In this document: positions 8,378 to 19,000 of the stretch, piece after piece
Numbering within the stretch: the first letter of the stretch is position 1
Layout of the letters: every line of letters begins with the position of its first letter
Assembly: GCA_022340905.1 (NCBI GenBank)
Contig: JAJDNB010000095.1
Location: 10,967 to 74,966 of the forward strand
DNA: 64,000 nt
Reading direction: 5' to 3'
From: Deltaproteobacteria bacterium
GTDB lineage: Bacteria; Desulfobacterota; Syntrophobacteria; BM002
Translations under genes and position numbers: made by a program
Notes under the pieces: model-generated
Database searches by the model: none
What the model saw: the letters and a program-made list of their open reading frames with translations, nothing else
Told to the model about the DNA's origin: nothing

Positions 8378-9835
8378 TCAGGTAAGGACATTTAGGATTT
8401 CGGTAACCGCGAGGTTTCCTATGTCTTGCAGCCCTTTCCTTTTCAGCTCGTCTTCACTAAACAGCTCTCTCACGAGTGAGTAGAGACCGGACCTGATAAA
8501 CCCTTCTTCATAGGTCCCAAGCCTGATGCCAAATTCCACTCGCTCTCGATTTGAGGGTGACAGATTTTCAATCACTTCTTTACTAACCCAGATAGTCCCG
8601 CCCTGAGAAAATTCACTGAGCTTTACTGCCTCCACCAAGGTGTCTCCCACCACAGTGAACTCGAACGCCGACGGCGAGGGCATCATTCCCAACCAGTCGC
8701 GTCCACAGTGGATGCCAATGTTGACTCTAAGGGTGTTCTTCCAGGTTTGTTTGCTTTTCCACTCCCGGTCGATCTCGCGTACCATACTTTTCAGAGCACT
8801 GGCGCACAACAAAGACTGAAATAGATGGTCATCTTCCCGGCCTGGCACTTCGAGAAAAAAACAAACACTACCTTCCGTGCAGGATCGGCCGGGTGTCGCA
8901 CCGTGCTCTCTGAAGCACCGGTGCCAACCGAGGATAATCTGATTGATCAGATCAAAGTATGCAGAGGGAGAAAGAGCTGTACGCAGATGAAACTCAGACT
9001 CAAGACTGACGGCAAGGATACACAAGGATGTTGGAGAGGAGGTTTTCCGGAAAAATGTAGGCTTCGGTACCTTCGTCCTTCCAGTGAGTAACTCGAGCAT
9101 CTGACCCAGTTGCATGCTAGCCGGTGGGTATAGCAAGAGAGTCCCTTCCGGCAGGGCCCACGAAAGGAGTGTGTAGTGCTCAGCTCCACCATGGTGATAT
9201 TTTACTGTCAGTGTTTGCCCATCAAATGGCCGAGATGGCGCCATCTCTGTTTCATCCCACAACTGTCTGAGTTGAATTAGCAGGTGGGAGTCCTCATCGC
9301 GGTTTAAAGAAAGGAAGATTTCTGCGCCCACGTCTCTCTTAGCCAATTTCATATGAAACGTGAGGATTTCTTTCCAATTGACAAAGCGATCCTGCAATTT
9401 CTCGATCAAAGAGGGATCCAGAAACCGTCGTCTAACCTGAGACCCAAGCCCTCTGATATTTTCTCCAACCAGCAATTCTTCAGCCACCGAGTTCAGGCCG
9501 ATGATCTCCCAACTTCGGCTGACAAGAATGGCGGGAAATACAATTTGGTCAAGCCATGGGTACATCAGAGGTTCCTCTATAGCTTTCGGAGGCTCCGTAT
9601 CTTCATCCATAAAGTGCATTGCAATTTGAGCCATTCTCATACCTTGGCCTTTAAGTTGCTGTATTTTCTCTATCCGTTCCACAACCCACTCGGGGAAAAA
9701 GCCGATTTTGGTGGGACCACCCGGCTCTTCTGGCGGCCGCACTGATGGAGAAGGAATGAGGTCCATACCAATATAATTGTTGAGTGTAGCCCTGGAAATG
9801 CCAGTACGGGACATTACTTCTTTGCTTGAGATCAT
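8378..9835 (-). CDS. MerR-family HTH regulator fused to a degenerate class III nucleotidyl-cyclase-like (CHD) domain
   Basis: N-terminus MISSKEVMSRTGISRATLNNYI is a MerR HTH. C-terminus RVNIGIHCGRDWLGMM..EFTVVGDTLVEAVKLSEFSQGGTIWVS matches the second half of the cyclase homology domain. In the first half the metal-binding Asp is replaced (ILAVSLESEF). Start is uncertain, either 9835 or 9886. Confidence 0.55.
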   Translation of the reverse strand: MISSKEVMSRTGISRATLNNYIGMDLIPSPSVRPPEEPGGPTKIGFFPEWVVERIEKIQQLKGQGMRMAQIAMHFMDEDTEPPKAIEEPLMYPWLDQIVFPAILVSRSWEIIGLNSVAEELLVGENIRGLGSQVRRRFLDPSLIEKLQDRFVNWKEILTFHMKLAKRDVGAEIFLSLNRDEDSHLLIQLRQLWDETEMAPSRPFDGQTLTVKYHHGGAEHYTLLSWALPEGTLLLYPPASMQLGQMLELLTGRTKVPKPTFFRKTSSPTSLCILAVSLESEFHLRTALSPSAYFDLINQIILGWHRCFREHGATPGRSCTEGSVCFFLEVPGREDDHLFQSLLCASALKSMVREIDREWKSKQTWKNTLRVNIGIHCGRDWLGMMPSPSAFEFTVVGDTLVEAVKLSEFSQGGTIWVSKEVIENLSPSNRERVEFGIRLGTYEEGFIRSGLYSLVRELFSEDELKRKGLQDIGNLAVTEILNVLT

Positions 9836-9962
9836 TCCTGTCACCGTCAAGGTTGAAAAAAAGTTCGGCAAAGAATACACATTCAATTTACCAAAATGGA
9901 GCCATATGCAGCAAGCCTACTCGAACCCAACAAAGTTTCTGCCGGTGTTTTGACCTAGGTCA

Positions 9963-10367
9963 ATGGATAAACTTTTCGCTCAAGTTAAACAGAAGAACAT
10001 TAAGGTGGGAAATATAACCATTCACGCTAAAGAAGGAGTTTGGACGCACATGAAAAAAGTAAACATGTTTGAGGAAAACAGTTTCAAGGACAGCGGACTG
10101 AGTCGTCTGCTCGTCCACGATTCTCCCTATTTCAAAATCTTAAATTTTAACTTCAAAGCCGGTCAGGAGCTACCCCTTCACTCTCATGACATAGAGGGAG
10201 AGGTGAGCATTGCTGTGCTCGAAGGAAACGGAGAGTTTTTGGGCGATAATGATGAAACTTTTCCGGCTGGACCTGGCGATATTTTGATCTCTGAAATAGC
10301 CGAGCCGCACGGCTTAAAAGCTGAAACCGATATGCGGGTTCTGGTGACCATTGCCCCGCCCATATAG
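9963..10367 (+). CDS. Cupin-domain protein
   Basis: LPLHSHDIEGEVSIAVLEGNGEF ... PAGPGDILISEIAEPHG, a two-motif cupin signature. Confidence 0.75.
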   Translation: MDKLFAQVKQKNIKVGNITIHAKEGVWTHMKKVNMFEENSFKDSGLSRLLVHDSPYFKILNFNFKAGQELPLHSHDIEGEVSIAVLEGNGEFLGDNDETFPAGPGDILISEIAEPHGLKAETDMRVLVTIAPPI

Positions 10368-10484
10368 GGTTATCAACCCGGCTGGCCACTTGAAGAAAGG
10401 TGATAATCTGTCGGAACAGGAATTCCGGCTAAGATTACAAGAGGTTCACTCGGCCAAATATATTCACCCTTAGCCTCCACTTCT

Positions 10485-11507
10485 GTGTTATGGTTGTGCG
10501 AGGAAAGGACCAAAGTGCCAGTTAGCCCTGCTAAACACGAGTGGATAAAGGCAAACGAGGAGTCGCTCGTAAAGCAATCCCGCAGTTTTTCCATCCCCAT
10601 TCTCAATCTCGATCAGCGCTTTAGAATCCCAATCATGGTTGAATATAATCTCAACAAAACTATAGATACGATCGAAGACTCAACAGGTTTGGAATCAGAT
10701 GAAAAGATATATCTAATCACCACCTTCTGTGAGCACTTAGAGCGGGATAGCTACTCGTCTGAAATGCACAATCGCATGCTGGAGGTTACCCCTCAAGAGG
10801 AAGCTTTTGTTTTCAAGAATTACCAGGCTACCATAAACTTGTATAAAACCTTAGCTCGTGAAGAAAAGGAGCTGGCACGGAGATGGACTGGCGAAATGGC
10901 CGAAGGAATGTGCACTTTCTTGAAGAAACCTATTTACACCCACCAAGACCTAAATGAGTACTGCTATTATGTAGCCGGTACCGTGGGTCTTTATTTGACG
11001 AATCTCTTGAGGTTAAAAGGCAGTAACATTACGGAAGAAATCTTCGAAAAACTACTGGCTGATGCGGTTTCTTTCGGACGGTTTCAACAGAAACTCAATA
11101 TAATTAGAGACTTTTCAGAAGATAAGACTGCCAAAGGAAGATCCTTTTGGCCCCAGAGCTACTTCGAGAACGCAGATGACAATGTCAAGATCCTAAACAA
11201 AATGTGTTACGACGTTCTCGAAAAAGATATACCAGGAGCAATTGAATATTTTGGCCTGTTGCCACCGGGTAATGACTCGTACGATTATTTTATTCGCTTT
11301 ATCCTTTGCTCGGGAATAGAGTACTGGAGAATTCTCAAAGACCAGGAATCGGTGTTTTCAGAGGCAAAGGTAAAATTGCCGAGAAAATTTGTACAGAACT
11401 TGTACGCCCATGTTTCTTCTCAGACCCGTGAGCAGTTCAAGAATTACTGCCAACAATTCTACGAAGAAGAAATCTCGGCCTGGCCCGAGAACTGGCATGG
11501 GGCATAG
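10485..11507 (+). CDS. Squalene/phytoene synthase family protein (head-to-head isoprenoid synthase, HpnC/HpnD/CrtB-like)
   Basis: YCYYVAGTVGLYL and NIIRDFSEDKTAKGRSFWP match the two conserved SQS/PSY motifs. DTIED is Asp-rich motif 1. Confidence 0.65.
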   Translation: MLWLCEERTKVPVSPAKHEWIKANEESLVKQSRSFSIPILNLDQRFRIPIMVEYNLNKTIDTIEDSTGLESDEKIYLITTFCEHLERDSYSSEMHNRMLEVTPQEEAFVFKNYQATINLYKTLAREEKELARRWTGEMAEGMCTFLKKPIYTHQDLNEYCYYVAGTVGLYLTNLLRLKGSNITEEIFEKLLADAVSFGRFQQKLNIIRDFSEDKTAKGRSFWPQSYFENADDNVKILNKMCYDVLEKDIPGAIEYFGLLPPGNDSYDYFIRFILCSGIEYWRILKDQESVFSEAKVKLPRKFVQNLYAHVSSQTREQFKNYCQQFYEEEISAWPENWHGA

Positions 11508-11570
11508 AGCATAGAGTTTCAGATGTTTGTTTTCACCCCTTGTTTCTTATCCTGAAACCTGAACAATCAA

Positions 11571-11609
11571 AAAACCCGACAGGGTCCCTACCCTGCCGGG
11601 TTTTTTCTT
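11571..11609. terminator. Bidirectional rho-independent terminator between the convergent squalene-synthase-like gene and cooS
   Basis: aaaaaCCCGACAGGGTccctACCCTGCCGGGtttttt: GC-rich hairpin flanked by an A-run and a T-run. Confidence 0.6.
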
Positions 11610-11635
11610 CATTGCTTAACCTTTTTCAACAGTCC

Positions 11636-13624
11636 CTAATCTACCTCACCGGCTTCAACATCCAGAGCCTGACGATCTGCCATATCCATGAGCACGCGCT
11701 CACGCTCACCAATAATACCCAGAGCCTCGCGTTTCTTGTCAATATGGTCGATCACCATGGCGGCCATCTCATAGGGATCGGTGGCAAAACCCCACTTGCC
11801 TAGACCCTGCTTCTCCAACCCGTCAAAGAGCAGCTTGTGAAACTTGGTCTCCGCTATGGTGGGGAAGGTAACGCCAAACACCGTATATATTCCAGAGGCC
11901 ACCACATACTGACCAATGGCTATAGCCTTCTCACTGTACCACTCAGGGGCAACTCCGGCCACCGGCAGATCTGCTATGGTCTCACCCAAACCACCAGTCT
12001 TCACCATCTCAGCACAGGCAACGAGGATCCGGCTGTTGTCCACACAGCTACCCAGTCCCAATACCGGGGGCATGCCTACGGTCTCACAGACCTCCTGCAA
12101 GCCATCACCTGCCAATACCGAGGCATCAGGCTTCATCAACCCGGCCTTGGCCAGAGCTATCTGGGAACAACCAGTCTGCACCACCAAAATGTCGTTTTTG
12201 ATCAGTTCTTTCACCAACTCAACATGCACATAGTCCTGACGCACCCTGGGATTGGTGCAGCCAACCACACCGGCAACTCCCCGAATACGACCATTGATGA
12301 TGTTGTCATTCAAGGGCACATACGATGCCCGGAAGGTACCACCAAGCATGTAGTTGATGTATTCGTGGCTGAAGCCGTGAATCCCCAAAGACTTATTCTG
12401 GGGAATCACTATCTTGGCCTTGCGATTCTTGAATCGCTTGATCGCCTCTTTCACCACCTTGTCCGTGCACTGCCTCGGTTTATGCTCCTCAAACTCAATG
12501 TGCTCCGCACCCTCCATCTTGGCTCGGGGATTGGTGGTGAAAAACTTGGTGCCATAACACTCAGCAAGAGGCGCCAGAGCAGGCATGATACACTGCACAT
12601 CCACTGCCATGGCATCCACTGCACCGGTGATCAAAACCGCCTCGGTGCTCATGAAATTACCCGCATGGGGTATCCCGTGACGACACAATACTTCGGCACC
12701 AGAGCAGCACATGCCCAAAATATTGATGCCTTCGGCTCCCGCTCCCTTAGCCTCTTCCAATAGCTTGGGATCATTTACCGAAGCAATCAAAGACTCAAAC
12801 AGGTTGGGCTCATGACCATTTACAATGATGTTCACCTGCTTCTCATCCAAATAACCCATGTCTACCCCAGCCAAAACCGGAGAGGGCGTGCCAAACAATA
12901 TGTCAGAGATCTCGGTGGCCACCATGGAACCACCCCAACCATCGGCAAGGGCTGTACGACTGCACTGCTTTACCATGTTCTCGTAGTCCTGATCCACTCC
13001 CATGTGGGTCCGGTGCATGATCTCCATGATCTCCCGCATGGCCCCACGGGGAACGATCCCCAGCTCGCGCCACTTGGCCAAGGTCTTGGGCGGTACCCGG
13101 CTGGCAAAGGGAATCTCACCCTCAACCTGAGTGTAGGTACGCTCCAATTCTTTGTAGAGATCCGTGGCTACCTCCTTGACCTCACGACCAGCTGTCTCGA
13201 TACCTAAACCTTCGGCTACATCGAAAAGCTTCTGCTCGTCTTTGATTTTGTAGTCCTTGATCTCACCATTTACCACGCCACGAAACACATCCAGCATGGT
13301 CATGCCGTGGTCCGTGTGGGCCGCAGTACCCGCTGCCACCATCCGGGCAAAGTTCCGCGAGGCGATGGTGTCGATGGTTGCCCCGCATATGCCCGTCTTC
13401 GCATAGGGATCCTTGGAGGACAGCCGGCAGGGACCCATGGAACAGTGCTTACAACAGGCAGAGTCAGCTCCTATGGGACAGGCCTTCATCTCCGCTGCCC
13501 GGTGAAAGGCGGTCTCTACCCCGTCTTCCGCTGCCTTGCGCAACATCTGCTGGGTGGATTTGCAGGTGGTTACCTGCATGATCGGTAGTTCTTTCTTTTT
13601 CTTCTCCTTTACCTCTTCTGCCAT
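11636..13624 (-). CDS. cooS: Anaerobic Ni-dependent carbon monoxide dehydrogenase catalytic subunit
   Basis: 662 aa. N-terminal cluster motif CPIGADSACCKHCSMGPCR with further Cys/His ligands. Homologous to the adjacent Hcp, as expected for the prismane/CODH family. Confidence 0.85.
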   Translation of the reverse strand: MAEEVKEKKKKELPIMQVTTCKSTQQMLRKAAEDGVETAFHRAAEMKACPIGADSACCKHCSMGPCRLSSKDPYAKTGICGATIDTIASRNFARMVAAGTAAHTDHGMTMLDVFRGVVNGEIKDYKIKDEQKLFDVAEGLGIETAGREVKEVATDLYKELERTYTQVEGEIPFASRVPPKTLAKWRELGIVPRGAMREIMEIMHRTHMGVDQDYENMVKQCSRTALADGWGGSMVATEISDILFGTPSPVLAGVDMGYLDEKQVNIIVNGHEPNLFESLIASVNDPKLLEEAKGAGAEGINILGMCCSGAEVLCRHGIPHAGNFMSTEAVLITGAVDAMAVDVQCIMPALAPLAECYGTKFFTTNPRAKMEGAEHIEFEEHKPRQCTDKVVKEAIKRFKNRKAKIVIPQNKSLGIHGFSHEYINYMLGGTFRASYVPLNDNIINGRIRGVAGVVGCTNPRVRQDYVHVELVKELIKNDILVVQTGCSQIALAKAGLMKPDASVLAGDGLQEVCETVGMPPVLGLGSCVDNSRILVACAEMVKTGGLGETIADLPVAGVAPEWYSEKAIAIGQYVVASGIYTVFGVTFPTIAETKFHKLLFDGLEKQGLGKWGFATDPYEMAAMVIDHIDKKREALGIIGERERVLMDMADRQALDVEAGEVD

Positions 13625-13938
13625 AGTTTTCTCCTTAAAAGATTCAGATAAATTTGCTCCCTGAATTTTGCTTGCTAGACCTTAAAGTCACTTGCTGTTT
13701 TGGAGACCTATAAAAAGGTGAGCAGTAATCGTGCCAGAAAGATGAATGCATAAAGTCATTTAATATTAACTAGTTACGATCAGGCAATAAACGAATCATT
13801 GTCCGGATTATGCCATAATGGAATAATGCCATTCCATTCTGGAGTTATCCTTGTAAAAGAGAATTCCCAGCGCTGTCGTCGCGGCAGCTTCTTACTAGAT
13901 AGGAAGATTTAAAATAATTTTTTCAGTTTTTTTCTTTC

Positions 13939-13952
13939 TTGACTTAAGTCAA
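13939..13952. promoter_or_regulatory. CRP/FNR-family (HcpR-type) binding palindrome TTGAC-TTAA-GTCAA about 95 bp upstream of hcp
   Basis: Perfect TTGACnnnnGTCAA inverted repeat. A TACAAT -10-like hexamer lies about 30 bp downstream (13981-13986). It sits in the 425-bp divergent cooS-hcp intergenic region. Confidence 0.5.
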
Positions 13953-14049
13953 TGCCGGTGACCATGCTATTTATTACAGTTACAATCAATTAATCTTCAA
14001 GAGCAAAAACAACAGTTAGTGTAAATAGATTCAGCTTTAGAAAAGGAGG

Positions 14050-15684
14050 ATGTACATGTTTTGTTATCAATGCGAGCAAACGGCAAAAGGTGAAGGGTGC
14101 ACCAAGATAGGGGTATGTGGCAAGGAACCCGAGGTTGCTGCCCTTCAAGATCTATTGACCTACGGACTTATCGGGCTTTCTCAATATGCTGTCGAGGGCC
14201 GTAAAGTTGGCGTTAGCGAGCGGGACGTCAATGTATTTACAGTCGAGGCTTCTTTTTCCACCTTGACTAATGTGGACTTCGATCCTGATCGCTTCGTGGG
14301 CTTGATCAATCAAGCGGTGGAAAAGCGAGAGGGACTGGCGGAGAAAGTCAAGGCTGCGGGCGGAAAAGTTGATTTCGCCGATGGGCCTGCCACCTTCAAA
14401 CCCGAGACCACCCTGGACGGCCTGATCCGGCAGGGAGAGGCAGTGGGCATTAAGTCCTATCCAGCAGACAATCCCGATATTCTTTCCCTGAAACACACGG
14501 TGCTCTTTGGTATCCGGGGAATATCCGCTTATGCAGACCATGCGCAGATTCTCGGACAAGAGGACGACACAGTCTATGGCTTCGTCCACGAGGCTCTTGC
14601 GGCACTGTGGAGAGAAGATCTCGGACTGGAAGATTGGGTTGGATTGGCCCTCAAGTGCGGTGAAATAAATCTCAGGACCATGGAACTTCTAGATGCTGGA
14701 AATACAGGAACCTACGGGCATCCTGTGCCAACAAAAGTTCCGTTGGGACATAAGAAAGGCAAGGCCATCCTGGTCTCGGGTCACGACCTGAAAGACATGG
14801 AAGAACTGCTCAAGCAGACACAAGGCAAGGGAATCCATATTTACACGCACGGCGAGATGCTACCTACCCACGGTTACCCGGAGCTAAAGAAATACGAGCA
14901 TTTTTACGGTCATTATGGCACAGCTTGGCAGAACCAGGGCAAAGAGTTCATGCAGTTCCCTGGTGCTATCTTGATGACCACAAACTGTATCCAGAGGCCC
15001 AAGGAGGAGTACAGGAATAACATCTTTACCTGCGGCCTGGTTGGCTGGCCCGGGATAGCCCACATCTCCGACCGCAACTTTCAGCCGGTCATCGATCGAG
15101 CTCTTGCCCTACCGGGATTCCAGGAGGATGAAAACGGCAAGGATGTAATGGTGGGATTCGGCAGGAATACCGTCTTGGGTGTTGCCGATAAGGTCATCGA
15201 GGCAGTAAAGGGCAAAGCCATCCGTCACTTCTTTGTAGTGGCAGGCTGCGATGGAGCCAAGCCCGGTCGGAATTACTACACCGAGTTCGTGGAAAAGGTT
15301 CCCGAAGATACCGTGGTTTTGACCTTTGCTTGCGGCAAGTTTCGATTCTTCGACAAGGACCTGGGAGACATCGGTGGTATTCCGAGGTTGCTGGACATTG
15401 GCCAGTGCAATGACGCCCATTCGGCAATCCAGATTGCCGTGGCCCTGGCTAACGCTTTTAATGTAGGAGTCAATGATTTGCCCCTGTCGATAATCTGCTC
15501 GTGGTATGAGCAAAAGGCAGTGGCGATCCTTTTGTCCTTGCTCCATCTGGGAATCAAGGACATTCGCCTTGGACCTTCTCTACCGGCCTTTGTTTCCCCC
15601 AACGTCCTCGATGTCTTGGTGAAGAACTTCGACATCAAACCCATTACCACGCCGGACCAGGATCTCAAGGCGATTTTGGGATAG
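14050..15684 (+). CDS. hcp: Hybrid-cluster protein (hydroxylamine reductase)
   Basis: N-terminus MFCYQCEQTAKGEGCTKIGVCGK, 544 aa. RBS AAAGGAGGA. Confidence 0.9.
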   Translation: MYMFCYQCEQTAKGEGCTKIGVCGKEPEVAALQDLLTYGLIGLSQYAVEGRKVGVSERDVNVFTVEASFSTLTNVDFDPDRFVGLINQAVEKREGLAEKVKAAGGKVDFADGPATFKPETTLDGLIRQGEAVGIKSYPADNPDILSLKHTVLFGIRGISAYADHAQILGQEDDTVYGFVHEALAALWREDLGLEDWVGLALKCGEINLRTMELLDAGNTGTYGHPVPTKVPLGHKKGKAILVSGHDLKDMEELLKQTQGKGIHIYTHGEMLPTHGYPELKKYEHFYGHYGTAWQNQGKEFMQFPGAILMTTNCIQRPKEEYRNNIFTCGLVGWPGIAHISDRNFQPVIDRALALPGFQEDENGKDVMVGFGRNTVLGVADKVIEAVKGKAIRHFFVVAGCDGAKPGRNYYTEFVEKVPEDTVVLTFACGKFRFFDKDLGDIGGIPRLLDIGQCNDAHSAIQIAVALANAFNVGVNDLPLSIICSWYEQKAVAILLSLLHLGIKDIRLGPSLPAFVSPNVLDVLVKNFDIKPITTPDQDLKAILG

Positions 15685-15782
15685 TTACCCTTGAATGGTT
15701 TAGCGGGAGGGGGTCAACCCCTCTCCCCTACACCCCCCTTTGGAAGGGGATATGAGATTGGAAATTTGGGGTTGCAGGCTTT

Positions 15783-15890
15783 AGGTTTCGGGCGTCAGGT
15801 GTCGGGTTTCGGGAAAAATAAAGTGAAACGCTAAAGGTGAATCCTGAATAGCTTATAGCTAAACACTGAAACCCGAACACTGAAACCTGA
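15783..15890. repeat. Copy of the GGTTTCGGG palindromic repeat between hcp and narG
   Basis: AGGTTTCGGGCGTCAGGTGTCGGGTTTCGGG ... CACTGAAACCCGAACACTGAAACCTGA. Confidence 0.7.
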
Positions 15891-16086
15891 TTCAAGAGGC
15901 AACAGATTCGTGTCCGGTGGAAGCTATCCATTGGGAAGAATAAGACATATCGAAAGACTGAGACAAACTTAGAGCAAAATAAATTCCGCTAATTTACTAG
16001 GATCCCAGGTTAGGCCGAAATAGTTGTCCGGTCAAAAATAAGGGCTGCACAATCGTTGCCCATACCATCAAAAATGGAGGGAAACT

Positions 16087-19000
16087 ATGGCAAAGAGAAG
16101 TCTTCTGTCCTCTCTTCGCTTTCTTAGACCTCGAACCACCTGCGTAAAGGAAGCCCTTGCTGGGGGCTGGGCTGAGGTCCGTTGCGGCGAGCGGGATTGG
16201 GAGGATTTCTATCGAAAAAGATGGCAGTATGACAAGAAGGTCCGTTCAACTCATGGGGTCAACTGCACAGGTTCCTGCTCATGGGATGTTTACGTCAAGG
16301 ACGGGATTATAGTATGGGAGACCCAGAGAGGCGACTATCCGAGTTGCGGACCCGATCTTCCCGACCACGAGCCTCGGGGCTGCCCCCGGGGAGCTACCTT
16401 CTCCTGGTACACCTATAGCCCGGTACGACTAAAATACCCCTACATTCGCTCGGTCTTGTTAGAAATGTGGCGAACTCAGATCGATTCCACGGACGATCCG
16501 GTGACCGCCTGGCAGACCATTGTGGAGGATGAAGAAAAGAGGAAAATCTACCAACAAGCTCGGGGAAGAGGTGGATTTGTTCGTGTTCCCTGGGAGGAAG
16601 CTGCCACTCTCATAGCAGCATCCTTAGTGTATACCATAAAGAAATATGGACCAGAGAGAATATTTGGCTTTACCCCCATCCCCGCCATGTCTATGGTTTG
16701 CTATGCTTCGGGCGCACGCTTTCTTTCTCTCATAGGCGGGTCCTTGATCAGCTTTTACGACTGGTACTGCGATCTGCCCCCTGCATCTCCCCAAATCTGG
16801 GGCGAACAAACAGATGTTCCGGAAAGCGCTGACTGGTATGAGTCGAGTTATATGATTGTCTGGGGGACTAACCTGCCTATGACCCGAACCCCTGACGCCC
16901 ACTTCTTCACCGAGGCACGCTACCGGGGGGCCAAGGTTGCAGCGGTAGCGCCAGACTACGCTGAATATGTGAAATTTGCCGACACCTGGCTACCGGCCAA
17001 GGCTGGTACTGACACCGCCCTGGCCATGGCTATGACCTTTGTTATTTTCAAGGAATTCTACCTAGAGCGACCCTCCGAGTACTTCACATCCTATGCGAAA
17101 GCCTATACGGATCTTCCCTTCGCCGTGGTTTTAAAATCAAAAGATGAACTGTACGTGTCGGAGAGGTTTTTAAGAGCCTCAGACCTAGGTTTCGACCAGG
17201 AAAACGGAGAATGGAAAACACTCTATTACGACCTGAACAGCAAGACTTTTGTAGTGCCCAACGGCAGCATAGGTTTCCGTTGGAACGAGGAAGGACGGTG
17301 GAATCTTCACCAGCTTGATTCAGTGAGTGGGGAAGCGGTGGATCCGCTCCTGAGCTTTGCCGGGGAAAATGATGGGTGGGTGTCCGTCGGCTTTCCCTTG
17401 TTTGATTTCCAAGGTGCAAAGGTAAGAATTGGTAAAGTTCCGGTGAAAAGAATAGTGGGGGACGGTGAGGGAATTACGGTCGCGACGGTCTTTGATCTCA
17501 TGGCAGCCAACCTTGGGATGGACAGGGGACAAGGAGGAGAGGTTGCCAAGGACTATGATGAGGCGAAAGCTTACACGCCCGGTTGGCAGGAGGCTATAAC
17601 CGGCGTTTCCAAAGCTGATGTGATCAGAGTAGCTCGGGAATTCGCCGAGAATGCGGACAAGACTAAGGGAAAGTCCATGATTTTTCTGGGGGCAGGCACC
17701 AACCACTGGTACCACAACGATATGACCTACCGGGCCATCCTGAACCTCACCACCCTCTGCGGCTGCCAGGGGGTAAACGGTGGTGGCTGGGCCCACTATG
17801 TTGGTCAAGAGAAGATTCGCCCCCAGGCTTCCTGGTCTGCAATTGCATTCGGCCTGGATTGGCGCCGGCCGCCGAGACAGCAGAATGGCACTTCCTTTTA
17901 CTATTTTGCCACTGATCAGTACCGCTACGAGACCTTTGACGCCAGTCACCTACGTTCCCCCTTGGCCGAGAAGTGGGTGGATAAACACTTGGCTGATTAT
18001 AACGTGATTGCCGCGAGGCTCGGCTGGCTGCCCTCCTATCCTCAGTTCAACCGGAACCCTTTGCAGCTGTGCAAAGAGGCGGTAGAAAATGGAGCTACCT
18101 CCGATGAAGAAATCATCTCTTACGTGGTGGAGAGGCTGAAGAAAGGAGAAATAAAGTTTGCCCTGGAAGACCCGGACAGTCCGGAAAATTGGCCTCGCCT
18201 ACTTTTTCTGTGGCGAGCAAATCTGCTGGGTGCCAGCGGCAAGGGGCATGAGTACTTTCTCAAACATCTTCTGGGAACAGAGCATTCGGTGTTAAATCGT
18301 GAAAGTGAGAAAAAGACAGAGGAGGTTCTGTGGAGGGATCCTGCCCCCGAAGGCAAGCTGGATCTCTTGGTCACCTCAGAGCTCCGAATGTCTACCAGTG
18401 CTCTTTACGCTGACGTGGCCTTACCCGCGGCATCTTGGTACGAGATGCATGATCTCAGCACCACGGATCTGCACTCTTTTATCCACCCTTTTAACCCCGC
18501 AATTGATCCTCCCTGGGAGAGCAGGACAAATTGGGATCAGTTCAAAACCATTGCCGAGAAATTTTCTGAACTGGCGGTTGGTCATCTCGGTGAAGAAAAG
18601 GATTTAGTTGCCACTCCCTTGCTCCACGATTCTCCTGGAGAGATCGCCCAACCTAAGGTGAAAGACTGGAAAAGGGGTGAGGTGGAGCCTGTACCCGGAA
18701 AAACCATGTCGAACCTCACCGTGGTGACTCGGGACTACCCGAATACTTACAAGATGATGACCTCATTGGGGCCACTGGTGGCTAGTGTGGGGATCGGTTC
18801 CAAGGGGGTGACCTGGAAGGCGGATCAAGAATACGAGGACCTGAAGGCAAAATTGGGAACGGTCTCAACTGGCGGAGTAACTGAGGGGATGCCTCAGTTG
18901 CAGACAGGTAAGCAAGTGGCGGAAGCGATCCTGGCTCTGGCCCCGGAGACCAATGGAAACACAGCGGTAAAGGCGTGGCAGACCCTAGAGAAAAAGACAG

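Noticed and set aside
16087-16190. Arg-rich N-terminus of NarG (SLRFLRPRTT) resembling a Tat signal
   Set aside because: NarG proteins are known to retain a vestigial, non-functional Tat-like remnant. The adjacent NarH and NarI architecture indicates a cytoplasmic-facing Nar enzyme.
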